Assembly: GCA_030390025.1 (NCBI GenBank)
Contig: JASTWF010000033.1
Location: forward strand, 3,846,001 to 3,910,000
Length of the DNA: 64,000 bases
Source of the DNA: Squalus acanthias
Lineage: Eukaryota
Reading direction: 5' to 3'
Below the pieces are notes generated by a model. That model was not told where the DNA came from and did no database searches. It saw only the letters and a program-made list of their open reading frames with translations. Made by a program: the position numbers and the translations under genes. Each line of letters starts with the position of its first letter. Positions within the stretch are counted from its first letter, which is position 1. This document shows, piece after piece, positions 11,982-25,092 of the stretch.

Positions 11982-13235
11982 TGTAGGCTTCGCAAAATCC
12001 CCCAGAAACTCGAACAGAGCCCTAAAGGGAGTGATTTTTGTACCTTTCATATAAAATTGGGATGATGGGACCTAAGTGAAGTGATTTGATGTAAAAACCT
12101 CAGCTTTGGAAAGATCTGGGAAGAAAAACCCTGAGGAAACTGACTTTTGAATCTTCCTGTTGGGAGAGACACCTTTCACAGACACAAGACAAGCTGCGGA
12201 GGGGCGTGGCCAGGCAGTGAACAGATTTGGGTATTGGGGCCCAATCAAGCTGTCTGGGAATTGTTTACACTGCAAATCCTACCAAGGTGGAAGAGACGAA
12301 CCAAAAACTCACAAACACATGGAAGTATGAATAATCCAAGACCTGCTTTTGAAATTCCCAGGCACAAACAGGATACCAGAAGCCTGAAATCAATAAAACA
12401 TTTAGTACTTCATCAAAAACCAATCAACCAGGTAGCCACAGAACAGATTTAAAAGACCGCCAAAAGACCTAGGAGAAAGGGTTGAAATTTGGCGCGTAGA
12501 TAAGGCTGTGTTTAAATCGGAAAACGATCAGGTCATGTTTAACACTCAGCTAAAGCCATCGGAACTGGCAAGCACGCCAAAACTAGACAATGGACTTAGC
12601 AAGGTTCATTTGCAACCTAAAGGAATCCGTTTTAGTAAGGGTCTTTTGGGCGCGAAAAAGAAAGAGTATAAATGAAAGCCTGTCCCATAACTTCTCTCTC
12701 TTTCGGACTGGCTGACCACGCTGACACAGCTCTCTCCCTGCTCCAGCAAAAACCACTACAAGCCACGAGGAAGAAGGCCAGCAAGCAGACCAGCACACAA
12801 GGAGAAACCAGAGCAACTGCCTCAGTGACCAGCGGACACCTCGCAGCAACAAGGGCCTTACGAAAACTTTTAAACAAAAGACTCTAAAATCCTGTCAAGG
12901 ATTCGTTGGTGAGCATTATCCCTGATCTCCTGAAACCAAAAACCTAGCTAGATAGTGGGATCTTTGGGGGGTTAAGGTTTTGTTTGGTATATTGTCGTTC
13001 TCCCTCGCTTGTACCGTGTGCTCCCCAATCTGTGTTTAAGTAATAAGTGTGTTTCAAGTTTGTTACCTTTTTCTTTTAATAAAGTAAAATTCTTTCATCA
13101 GAACCTGTCGTCTACTGCAATTTTGTTCACAACCCCTAAATAAGTCCAAAGTCTAGGAATCAGAGGGGTGTGGGAGCGATTCGAACCGCCTACTGAGTCA
13201 GAAAGCGAAGGCTGACCCCATTACCACCCCCTACA
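11982..13235 (+). mobile_element. Solo LTR (~1.25 kb) of an LTR retroelement or ERV
   Basis: Termini TGTAGG...CCTACA (6-bp terminal inverted repeat), TATAAAT at 12667, AATAAA at 13078, abrupt break of the tandem array at its 5' end; no PBS, PPT or coding region adjacent. Confidence 0.78.
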
Positions 13236-13314
13236 AAACTAACAGAGCTCCTCAAACTAATTCAGCACCTCAAACTTGCAAAATGTGTGCATAATTGTCA
13301 ACGAAATTCCTGCA

Positions 13315-14142
13315 CAGATAAGTGTGACGTATGCATTTTGTTAAGAAAAATAAGAAGGTCACATATTACTTGGAAAATAAGAATCTGATTAGGATAGTGG
13401 AGCAAATCGAACTTGGAGTACAAATACAGAAATCACTAAAAGTAGAGGCACAGGTTAATAAATCATAAAAAGCAAACCACGTGCTCGGGTTTATTACTAG
13501 AACAATACTATTGGAAAGTAAAGAAGTTATGCTAAACTTGGTCCAAAAAAAAAAAAAATATCGAACCTTGGTTAGAACACACGTGGAGCACTGTGTATAG
13601 TTCTGGTCGCCATATTAGACAAAAGAATATAGAGGCACTGGAAAGGATAAAAAACAAGAATTACAAGGATGATACCAGAAATCCGAGCTTATAAATATCA
13701 GGATAGAATGAACAGGTTGTGTCTCTTTTCTCTTGAAAAGAGAAATTTAAGGTGTGACCTAATTGAGGTCTTTAAAATTGTGAAAGTTTTTAATAGCATA
13801 GATACAGAGAGAGTGTTTCCACTTGTGGGGAAGAGAAAAACTAGAGGCCTTAAATATAAGATAGTCACCAAGAAATCAAATAGGGAAATCCGAAGAAGCT
13901 ACGTTACCCAGCGAGTGGTGAGAATGTGGAACTCGCTAGCAAAGGGAGTGGTTGAGGCAAATGAAATAGATTAATTTAAGGGGAGGCTAGATAAGCACAT
14001 GAGGGAGAAGGGAATAGAGGGTTATGCTGATAGAGTTCGATGAGGAAGGATGGGAGGCAGCTCGAGTGGGCATATAAGCTGGAACGGAGTGGTTAGATCG
14101 AGTGGCCTCTTTCTTTGCAGTATGTTCTATGTAATTTTATGT
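13315..14142 (+). mobile_element. CR1 LINE 3' fragment
   Basis: ORF 13669..13974 (LFSLEKR.LR.DLIEVFKI...TQRVVRMWNSL) and a CR1-type 3' tail. Confidence 0.9.
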
Positions 14143-14276
14143 GATCATAGAATCATAGATGAATCTGTCATCCAAGTATTTGTACTCCCAGATGTCTATT
14201 GTATTCTATTCCATTTAGATTCCTATTTTCAAAGTAATACGTGACCTACTTAATTTGCTTAACACAATGTAAGTGA

Positions 14277-15196
14277 TCAGCCTTGGCTCAGTGGGTAGCA
14301 CCCTCACCTCTGATTCCGGAGGTAGTGGGTTCACAGTCCCACTCCAGAGACTTGGGCACAGGAATCTAGGCGGGCAGTAGAAAGGGAGTGCTGCACTGTC
14401 CGAGGTGCCGTTTTTCGGATGAGACGTTAAGCTGACAGCCCATCTGCTCTCTCAGGTGGACGCAAAAGTTCCCATGACATTATTTTGAAGAGGAGCAGGG
14501 AAGTTATCCCTCAATCAACGTGGGCATGTTAGCATAGTGGTTATGTTACTGTATTAGTAATCCAGAGGCCTGGACTAATAATTTGGAGACATGAGTCCAA
14601 ATCTCTCCACGGCAACTGGGGTTTAAATTCAATTAATTAAATAAATCGGGAATAAGAAAGCGAGTATCAGTAATGGTTACCATGAAACTAGCGGATTCTC
14701 GTAAAAACCCATCTGGTACTTAATGTCCTTCAGAGAAGGAAATCTGCCGTCCTTACCTGGTCTGGCCTATATGTGACACCTGACCCACAGCAATGAGGTT
14801 GACCCTTAACTGCCCCCTGAAATAGACGAACCAGCCACTCAGTTGTACCAAACCGCTACGACAAAGTCAGCACTGTGGGAGAACCTTCATAAAACGGACT
14901 CCAGCGGTTCATAAGTCAGCTCACCACAACCTACTCATGGGCAATTAGGGTTGAGCAATAAATGCCGGCCTTGCCAGCGACGCCCCCTCCCGTTAATGGA
15001 TAAAAACACCTAACAGACAGATTATCTGGTCATTATCACTTTGCCGTTCGTGGGAGCTTGCTGTGTGCAAATTGACTGCTGCATTTCCTACATTGCAACA
15101 GTGACTACTCTTTAAAAGTACTTGATTGGCTGTAAAGAGATTTGGGACGTCCTGAGGTCGTGACAGGCGCTATATAAATGAAAGTATTTGTTTCTT
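14277..15196 (+). mobile_element. tRNA-headed Deu-type SINE (SacSINE1-like), split by a nested SINE
   Basis: A-box-like tggctcagtgg and B-box-like gggttcacagtccc; body gggagtgctgcactgtccgaggtgccg; resumes at about 15006 and ends ggcgctatataaatg..tttctt. Confidence 0.8.
14520..15005 (+). mobile_element. tRNA-derived SINE with CR1/L2-group 3' tail, nested in the Deu-type SINE
   Basis: Head tagcatagtggttatgttact..tagtaatccagaggcc; tail gggcaattaggg..aataaatgccggccttgccagcgacgc matches the LINE end at about 34062-34140 (minus); second copy at 41095-41505. Confidence 0.75.
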
Positions 15197-15197
15197 A

Positions 15198-18100
15198 CAG
15201 ATAGAGGCCATTCGGTCAATCGAGTCTACGTCTACACTTTCGATGAACCATTCAGTTATTCCCACTCCCTCACTCTTTCCCCATATCCCTGTAATTATTC
15301 TCCTTCAAGCATTTATTCAATTCCCTGTTGAAGGCTACTATTGAATCTGTACCCAGCACCCTATCAGGCCGTGAATTCCAAATCCTAACCACTCGCTGTG
15401 TGAAAATGTTTCAGCTCATGTCGCCTCTGGTTCTTCTGCCAATCACCTTAAATCTGTGCCCTCTGGTTATTGACACTTCAGACATTGGAGACAGATTCTC
15501 TTTATTTACTCTAATTAAATAATTCATGATTTTTAGTATCTCCATCAAATCTCCTCTTAGCACTCGCTGCTCCAATGAAAACAAACCCCAGCTTCATCAA
15601 TCTATTCACATAATTGCAATCCCTCATCCCTGCAACCAAATGGGGAATCTCTTCTGAACCCTCTTCAATGCCTTCACGTCATTTTTAAAGTGAGGTGAAC
15701 ATCATTGGACACAATACTCCAGCTGGGGCCGAACTAGTGTATTTTATACGTTAACATAACTTCCTGTCTTTTGTACTCTGTGCGTCTATTTATAAAGCCC
15801 AGGATCCTGTCTGCTTTATTAACTGCTTTGTTTACCTTTCCTGCCACCTTCAAAAACTTGTGCAGAATCACCCCCAGGTCTCTCTGTTCTTGCACCCAAT
15901 TTATCATTGTAATATTTAGCTGGTACTGTCTCGCCTCATTCTTCCTACCAAAATGAATCACCTCACACCTTTCTGCGTTGAATTACATCTGCCAAATGAC
16001 TGCCCATTCCAATAGCCTGTCTATTTCCTCTTGAAATCTATTACCTGCTTCCTCAGTGGTTACTACACTTCCAAATTTCGTGTCAACTGCAAAGTTCGAA
16101 AACATGCCCTTTACCCACAAGTCCAATCATTAACGTTTATCAAAGCAGCAGTGGTCTTGGTAGAGAACCCCGGGGAACACCACGGAATACCTCCCTCCAG
16201 TCCGAAATACAGCGCCTCACCACAACTCTCTGTTTTTATCCATAAGCCAATTTTATATCCATGCTGCTACTGTCCCTTTTATCCCATGGGCTTCAAATTT
16301 GCTAACAAGCCTCGTTTGTGGTACTTTATCAAAACTCTATTGAAAGTCCGTATACACAACTCCAATTGCACTGCCCGGCCTCTCTGTTAACTGAACAAAA
16401 ATCTCAATCACGTTATGCAAACATGATTTGCCCTTTACAAATCCGCGCTGGCTCTCCTTTATTAGTGCAGACTTTTCCAAGTTTCCGTTAATTTTCACCC
16501 GGATTATTGATTTTATAAATCTTCCCCACACCGACATTAAACTGACTGGTCTGTACTTGCCAGGTTTTTCCTTCTACCCTTTTTTGAACAAGGTTGTTAA
16601 GTTTGCATTCCTGCCGTCCTCCGCAGCACCACTGTATCTGAGGAGACTTTGAATATTGGGTTCAGAACATCTACAATTTCTACCCTTACTTCCACAACAT
16701 CCTCGGTTGCATCCCATCCGGACCCGTTGACTTAGCCACTTTAATTACCACAAGCCTTTCAACTAAATCCTCGCTTGCTATTATTTTTTTATCACATCTA
16801 ATATCCCAGCAAACTCCTCGTTTACCATAGCTTCGGCAAAGTCGTCTTCCTTGGTAAACACCGACACAAAGTATGCATTTACTACCTCAGCCATGCCTTC
16901 TGCCTTCACTAATACATGTCAATGTTGGTCTGTAATCGGCCCCATCGCTCCTCTGACAACGCTTTTACTCTTATTGTGCCTATGGAAGAGCTTTGGATTC
17001 CTCTTTATGTTAGCGGCTAATATATTCCTTTACTGTCTCTTTTTCCCCTCTTACTTACTTTTTCACTTACCCTCAGAACTTTCTATATTCAGCCTGATTC
17101 TCCCTACATTATCAAGCTGACATCTATCATTCGCCCCCTTTTTTCTGCTTTCCTACTCGCCAATTCCTTCACCTTCCAGGGAGCTCTGGCTTTGTTTGCC
17201 CTCCATTTCCACCTTGTAAGAGTTACCTAGAGTGTACCCGAAACATCTCCTCTTTAAAGGCCGCCCATTGCTTCATTACATTTTGCCTGCCACTCTTTGA
17301 CTCCAATTCCCCCCGGCCAGATCCCTCCGCAATTGGCTGAAATCAGCCATCATTCAGTTAAGTATTTTTATTCTACATTGCTCCATGTCCTTCTCCATAA
17401 CTAATCTAAACCTTCCAATACTATGATCACTATTCCCACTTTGACATTCTCCACTTGACCCACTTCATTCCCCAGGACTAGAACCAGCAATGCCTCCTTC
17501 CTCGTTGTGCAGAAATCATACTGATCAAGAAAAATCTGCTGAGCCCTCTTCAGAGATTCTTCCCCTCCCTGCCCTTAACACAGTTACTATCCCAGTCTCT
17601 ATTGGTGTTGCTAAAGTCTCGCATTATCGCCACTGTATTGCTCTTGCACCTCTCAGTAATTTCTTTTCTATTCTTCTCCTCTATCACCAACCCACAGTTT
17701 GTCCCATAAATACAGCAGACAGTCTAATAGCTCCTCTATTGTTTCTCAATTCAAAGCAAATAAATGTTGTCTTTGACCCCGCAAGGGCATTCTCTCTTTC
17801 TAGAACTGGAATATTTCCCTTAATATGAAATGCTACCCCTCCTCCTTTTGTCCCTTCCCTCTCTTGTACCAAGTAATATTAAGCATCCAAGCCTCTCCTT
17901 TTTAAGCCAAGTCTCTGTTATCGCCAATACATCGTATTCCCAAGCGACTATTTACGTCTGCAGCTCACCAAGCTTATTAACCACACTTTGTGCATTTACA
18001 CACTTAGAACTCTTTTAACTTAAACCCTCTCTACCAGTTCTCTGTGCTCCTTTTTTCCTACTTTTTAATACTACATCCTTGTGCCCAATCCCCCGGCGAA

Positions 18101-19400
18101 TTAGTTGAAACCGACCCCAACAGCAATCGTTAACGTGCCCAAAAGAATATTGATCCCAGCTCAGTTCAGCTACTACCCGTCCATGTTGAACAGGTCTCTC
18201 CTGCCACAGAACTGGTACGAATGTCCCAGGAATCTGAAGCCCTCCCTCCTGCACCATGTCTCTAGACATGCATTAACCTTCCAGATCTTCCTATTTCTAC
18301 TTTCAGTGGCGCATCCTGGCACTGGGTGTAATCCAGACATTACCATATTTGAGGTCCTGCTTTTCAACTGCACCCTGGCTCATTAAACTCTGTCTGCAGG
18401 ACCTCAGCCCTCTTTCTCCCTATGTCGTTGGTCCTGACATGGACGTGGACTTCTGGCTCTTGTTGAAGAAAGTTTTGCACCCGCTCTGTAATTTCCCTAC
18501 CCTAGCACCAGGCAGGCAGCATAGCATATGGGTCTCATGTCGACTGCAGCAGAACGGCATGTCCGTCCACCTGAATGACGAATGCCCAATTACTACTGCA
18601 TTCCTACACGTTGCTGTAGCCCCTGTGCAGTCCTTTGCCTCACGGTGCCAGGCTCGGCATTGCACTTCTTTGAGGTGTCGTCACCTTCACCAGTAAACAA
18701 TGGGGAATATCGGTTTGAGAGTGCCACAATCCCGGAGGATACCTGCACAGCCTGCCTTGTCCGACCCTTGTGATTGGCCACCAACTTGCCATTCTGAATT
18801 CCATCAGTTTATGCAGTATCCACCTCCTGGGACCTGCGATCCAGGACATACTCAGCCACACGTATGCCCTGCAGTGAATCCAGCTGCCGCTCAGGATCAG
18901 AAACCCTCAGCATGAGTTCGGACAGCTGGAGGCACTTAACGCAAAAATGTGCATCCGCGACGCCTGAAGCTTCCTGAAGTTTCCACATGGTGCAGGAATT
19001 GCAGGCTACGGGTCCTAGCTTTCGCTCCACTCTAATTAGAAATTGAAAATAAACTACTTAGATACAAGGTGATTCATAGAATTGCTGTTAACTATATCTA
19101 AACTACACAGTAATTATTATATCCGCTCATCAAAACAAACTACCCAATGATGAAATTATTTACCGAAGCTTAACAGGAACCACCGAGTTACAAAATACAA
19201 AGAAGCTAAATATTGGATACTTAATTTAGAATTATTGGTTGCACTCCATCTTTTGAGCTGGACGTGAGAATCTGTCTTTCTCCTCTCCACCGAATTTTTA
19301 CTATCACCTCATTCAAATGCTTCCACCCAGGTTGCGATCCAGTCCGATTGTGTTTTACTGAGCTCTGCCTCCCTGACTCTGATTATATTTAATTGAATTA
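15198..19400 (-). mobile_element. Near full-length CR1 LINE (ORF1 with zinc finger and SGNH esterase, ORF2), decayed
   Basis: ORF1 remnants 18809..19030 (CNSC..CVKCLQL), 18420..18665 (VVIGHS..CCLPGARV), 18173..18373 (SGLHPVP..NACLETWCRREGFRF); ORF2 remnants 17684..17872, 16337..16537, 15734..15961. 5' boundary approximate. Confidence 0.88.
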
Positions 19401-19421
19401 TATTTGAAATTAATCATATTA

Positions 19422-20737
19422 ATAGAGTCGTAACGGTACTGAAGGCGGGCATTCGGCCCATTGAGTCCGTGCTGGCTCTCTGTAGAGCGATCCAGTCAGT
19501 CCCATTCCCCCGCTCTATCCCCGTAGCCCTGCAAGTTTATTTCCCTCAATTGCCTATCCAGTCTCCCCTTCAAAACACTAATTGTCTCCGCTTCTATGAC
19601 TTCCGTCGGCAGCGAGTTTCCAGGTCCTCTCCACTCGCTGCGTAAAAAAGTTTTTCCTCACATCTCCCCTGCATCTGTTGCCAAAAAATTAAATCTGTGT
19701 CCCCTAGTCCTTGTACCATCAACTCGTGGGCACAGCCTGTTCCCATCTAGCCTATCTAAACCCGTCATAATCGTGTACACCTCTGACAAATCACACCTCA
19801 ACCTCCTTTGCTCTAATGAAAACAAATCCAGCTTCTCCAACCTGTCCTTGTAGATAAGATCAACCATCCCCGGAACCATTCTGGTAAATCTGCTCTGCAG
19901 CCTCTCAAGGGCCTTTACATTCTTCTTACAGTGTGGTGACCAGAACTGGACGCAATAATTTAGTTGTGGCCTAACCACCGCTTTATAAAGGTCAAACATA
20001 TCTTCTCAACCTTTGAACTCAATACCTCTACTTATGAAGCCACAGATCCCATATGGTTTGCTAACCACTCTCTCAATATGTCATGCCACCTTCAGGGACC
20101 TTTGCATATTAACTCCCTGGTCCCTCTGTCCCTGCACACTCTTTACAATTGTGCCATTAAGTGTATATTGCCTCTCTCTGTTCCTTCGCCTCACACTTCT
20201 CTATATTAACTTCCATCTGTCACTTGTCTGCTATTCTGTTAGCCTTTCTATTTCCTGCTGTAGTCGATTGGTATCATCCTCACTGTTTCCCATACCGCCA
20301 AGTTTGGTGTCATCAGCAAATTTAGAAATTCTGATCTGTATTACAATATCCAGCACTGACACTTGGGAAACACCACTATCTACCATCCTCCAGTCCGAAA
20401 AACAACCATTTATCACAACTCCCTGTTTTCTGCCATTGAGGCAATTTCTTATCAAAGCTGCCAGTGATCCACCTGTTCCAGGAACCTCAATTTTTTAACC
20501 AGCCTTCTCTGTGGTATTTTGTCAAACGCCTCCCTAAAATCCATGTAGACAACATGCATTGCATTCCCTTCAACAATCCCGACTGTAACTTTGTCAAAAC
20601 ATTAAATTAGATTAGTCAAACACGATCTGCATTTTACAAATCCGCGATGGCTCTCTTTAATTAGCTTAAACCTCTCCAAGTGCCCGTTAATTCTTTCATT
20701 GATTATTGTTTCTAAAACTTTCCCCAGCACTGATGTT
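19422..20737 (-). mobile_element. CR1 LINE 3' fragment
   Basis: ORFs 19658..19999 ([19 protein letters not shown]) and 20231..20455 ([12 protein letters not shown]). Confidence 0.9.
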
Positions 20738-20859
20738 AAAATAAATTAATAGCTTTTGCTTCAATGTTTTTATTAATACCTTGTGCTTTTCTGTCCTTTC
20801 CCCTATTTTTAAGGACTAAACTCACTCGCAGTGTCAGCTGCCAACTTGAGGGCCGGCCC

Positions 20860-21604
20860 ACGGTAACTGCAACTGATGAATAGTAACCAGGGGACACAAT
20901 TCCCTGAGAGGCACCATTATGCACCTGTCCCTTACCTCCCTCCCATGACAAATGCTGTGAATGTTGTGGGCACAGCGAAAACCTGAGGTGGAGGGACAGC
21001 ATCACGAGCCTCCACTACTTTTTACTTGCCTTTGCCCCGGGAAATAAGCATACCCCAGATCCATAGAATAGAAAAACTGGGGTCTTTCTCATGTCCACCG
21101 AATACTCCTCCTGTGCATGTATGATTTGCCAGCTGCCAAATCCAGCTACAACTGATGGATTGTAAACAGCGGCTTTAACATGGTGATATCACAAAGGGAG
21201 CATGGAGCCAATCACACAGCAGCCAGCGCAGGGCCCGCCCACTGGCGGTGTTACAGGGTGTCATGACCAGGCTCTGCTCCTGGTGCAGTCTCACTGGACT
21301 GGAGCACAGTTTGCAGGATCTGCCCATTTGAGTTATGGACCTATCTCTGAGCCCCGCTCCTTCCTAACGACGCCTGAGGCAGAGAGCACAGCCCCCAATA
21401 TTTAATTTTATTACGCTTGCGTCCAAAACTCCTAATGTGAGGTTCCAGTATTCAATGTCCTCCACCTCCCAATGTCTCCTAATATATATCCTCTCCATTG
21501 CAACTGGGAACTAAGCATTCCTCAGACTCATTGAAGAGTAATATAGGTACTGGTGTTACATCCAAACATTCCTCCTGCTGTCAATGTATGATGTAAATCT
21601 ACAC
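20860..21604. repeat. Unclassified ~750-bp dispersed repeat, copy 1
   Basis: Colinear with 27985-28731 (catgttgtgggcacag, tttgccccggg, ccaatcacacagcag, taacgacgcc..ggcagagagcacagcc, tgtatgatgtaa). Confidence 0.85.
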
Positions 21605-22838
21605 TTTAACTCCATTTACCTGCCTTGATTCCATAACCCTTGATACCCTGGACGAACAAAAATCTATCAATCTCAGTTTTGAAATTTTAAATAAACTAGC
21701 CTCAAAAGCATTTTGGGGAGAGAGTTCCAGATTTCCATTCAGTTTTGGGTGAAGAAGTGCTTCCTGAACAATCCAGGAATAGCCCAGATCTCATTTTAAG
21801 TTTATGCCCCTTTGTTCTCGACAAACCCAGCAGAGGAGAACCTTTCTCTGCACCTACCCTATCAACTCTTTTTAATCATCTTAACCACCTCAATTAGATC
21901 ACTGGTTATCTTCTTCACTCGCGGGAAAAGAAGCCCCGTCTGTGCAGCCTGTCCTCAAAATTTAACCCTTTCTGCCCCGGTATCATTTTGGTGAATCTGC
22001 GGTGACCAGACTGAACACTACTGTAAATGGCGTCTAAGCAGAGCTTCATATAACTTACATCAATTGCACTCCTCCGTATTCCAGCCGCTTCAGATAAAGA
22101 ACAACATTGCATTAGCATTTCTATTAAATTATTTTTGGTGCTTGTCCACTCACTTTTAGTAAGTTCTGCACTTGGACCCCTAAATCTCGCTGCTCCACCA
22201 CCATTCCCAACATCTCACCATTTAGAAAATAACAATTTCTCACGTTAATGTCCATCTGCCACGGTTTATATCCAAATCACTTACTCAATGTCCCTTTGCC
22301 ACCTTCTGCTCCCATCCACACCATTTACTGTGCCACCTAACTCGGTGTTGTCAAGAAACATGGATATTTAGCATTCTATTTGTTCATCCAATTATGTATA
22401 AATATGGAGGAAAGCCGATACTCCAGCACTGATCCCTGGGGGAAACCATTACTCACATCCTGCCAATTTCAATATGTATCGCTTAACCCTACTGTCTGTC
22501 ACGTACCTCCAAATCAATTCTCTACACAGGTAAATAAATTGCCTCCAATTCCATCACTCTCGTTTATGTTAATAGTCTTTTTGACGAACCTTATCGAATG
22601 CCTTCTGCAAGTCCATAGAAACAGCATCCATGGATACATACTTATCTACAACATTAGTTACCTGTTCAAAATATTCAGCTAGCATCGTTAGACACGACCA
22701 AGCCTTTACAAATCCATGCTGGCTCTCTCTGATCAGCTCATATTTGTCCAAGTGCTGAGTCACTCTGTTCCTAACAACAGATTCCAGTAACATCCGATAA
22801 CATACGATCGAGTGATAGGTCAATAATTTCATCGTTTT
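21605..22838 (-). mobile_element. Old CR1 LINE fragment
   Basis: ORF 22569..22832 (LIRESQHGFVKAWSCLT..MDLQKAFDKV). Confidence 0.85.
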
Positions 22839-22839
22839 A

Positions 22840-23240
22840 ATAGAATCATAGAATCATCGAAAGTTACAGGATGGAAGGAGAACATTTCGGCCCATCGTGT
22901 CCGCGCCGGCCAACAAAGAGCTATCCAGCCTAATCTCACTTCCCAGCTCTTGGGCCGTAGCCCTGAAGGTTAGAGCATCCCAAGTGCACATCCAAGTACT
23001 TTTTAAATGTGGTTCGGGTTTCTGCCTCTACCACCCTTTCAGGCAGTGAGTTCCAGACCCCCACAACCCTCTGGGCGAGGACATTTCCCCTCAATTTCCC
23101 TCTAAACCTTGCACCAATTACTATAAAACTGTGCCCCCTTGTTTTTGACCCCTCTGCTAAGGGAAATAAGTCCTTTCTATCCACTTTACCTAGGCCCCTC
23201 ATAATTGTATACACCTCAATAAGGTCTCCCCTCAGCCTCT
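22840..23240 (-). mobile_element. CR1 LINE 3' end
   Basis: RLRGDLIEVYTIMRG..RGH..QRVVGVWNSLP in ORF 22936..23289; atagaatc-type terminal repeats at 22840. Confidence 0.88.
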
Positions 23241-23365
23241 TCTTATCGAATGCCTTCTGCATGCCCATATACTTAGCATCCATGGTCACATCCTTATCTA
23301 CATAAGCAGTTACCTGTTCAAAGTATTCAAATAGGCTCGCTGGACACGACTTACCCTTTACAAAC

Positions 23366-25092
23366 AGGAAATGGCAGAGAAATTAAATAAATACTATGAT
23401 TCTGTCTTCACGGAGGAAGATAAACAAAATCCAGAAATACGAGAAATCCAAGGGTTTGACGAGAATGAGGAACTAAAATAAATTAATATTAGTCGAAAAA
23501 CAGTACCAGCAAAATTAATGGGACTAAAAGTCGATAAGTCTCAAGGATCAGATGAGCTACAACCTAGGGTTTTGAAAAAGGTTGGCATTGAATTAGTGGA
23601 CGCATTGGTTGTCTTCTTCCAAATTTATATACATTCTAGAACGGGTCCTGCAGATTGGAGGATAGCAAATGTGATCCCGCTATTTAAGAAAGGAGGGAGA
23701 GAGGAAAAGGGGAACTACAGACCTGTTAGCCTCACATCAGTAGTTGGGAAAAAGCTGGAATCTATTTTAAAGGATGCAATAAATGGGCACTTCGAAACTA
23801 TTGGTAAGATTGGGCAGAGTTAACGTGGATTTATGAAAGGGAAATCCTTTTTGATAAACTTATTGGAGTTATTTGAGGATGTAACTATTGGCTTATACAC
23901 AGGGGTAGATGTGGTGTATCTGGATTTTCAGAAGTCCATCGATAAGGTCCCACAAAAGAGGTTGGTGAAAAAAATTAGGATGCATGGAATTGGGGGTAAT
24001 ATACTAGCATGAATTGATAATTGGTTAACAGACAGAAAACAAAGAGTAGGGATAAACGGGTCCTTTTTCAGGATGGTAGGCTGTTACTACTGGGGTACCG
24101 CAAGGATCGGTGCTTGGGCCCCAGTTATTCATAATCTATATCAATGATTTGGATGAGGACCCTAAATGTAACATTTCCAAATTTGCTGATGATACAAATC
24201 TAGGTGGCAGTGTCAGTTGTGAAGAGGATGTGGAGAGGCTTCAACGAGATCTCGACAGGCTCAGTGAGTGGTCGAGAACATGGCAGATGTAATATAATGT
24301 GGATAAATGTGAAGTTATCCACTTTGGTGATAAAAACAGAAAGGCAGAGTATTTCCTAAATGGTGAAAGATTGGGGAATGCAGATGCTCAAAGGGACGTG
24401 GGTGTCCTTTTATATGAGTCACTTAAAGTGAATATGCAGGTGCAGCAAACCGTTAGGAAAGCCCTTCATTACAAGAGGATTTGAGTAGAGGAGTAAAGAA
24501 GTCTTATTCCAATTATACAGGGCCTTGGTGAGACCACACCTCATGTACTGTGTACAATTTTGGTCTCCTTACCTTAGGAAGGATATACTTGCCTTAGAGG
24601 GCGTGCAATGAAGGTTCAAGAGATTGATTCCTGGGATGGCGGGACTGTCGTGTGAGAAGAGATTCAGTACACTAGGCCTGTATTCTCTTGAATTTAGAAG
24701 AATGAGAGGGGATCTCATTGAAGCATAGAACATTATTTCAGGGCTTGATAGGGTGCATGCTGGGAGGATGTTTCCCTTGGCAGGGAGATTAGAACCAGGG
24801 TCCACAGCCTCAGGATAATTGGCCAGCCATTCAGGACTGAGATGAGAAAAAAATTCTTCACACAGAGGGTGGGGAATCTTTGGAATTCTCTAGCCCAGAG
24901 GGCTGTGGAGGCTCAGTCATTGGGTATATACCAAACAGAAGTCGATAGATTTCTGACTGGTAAGGGCATCAAGGGATATGGTGATAGGTCCGGCAAATGG
25001 AGTTGAGGCAGGAGATCAGCCATGATCTCATTGAATGGCGGAGCAGGCTCGAAGAGCCGAATGTCCTACTCCTGCTCTTACTTCTTATGTTC
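23366..25092 (+). mobile_element. CR1 LINE, 5'-truncated RT and 3' UTR
   Basis: ORFs 23518..23823 (DWRIANVIPLFKKG..NYRPVSLTSVVGK), 24110..24292, 24299..24484; same subfamily as 32516-33610. Confidence 0.92.
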
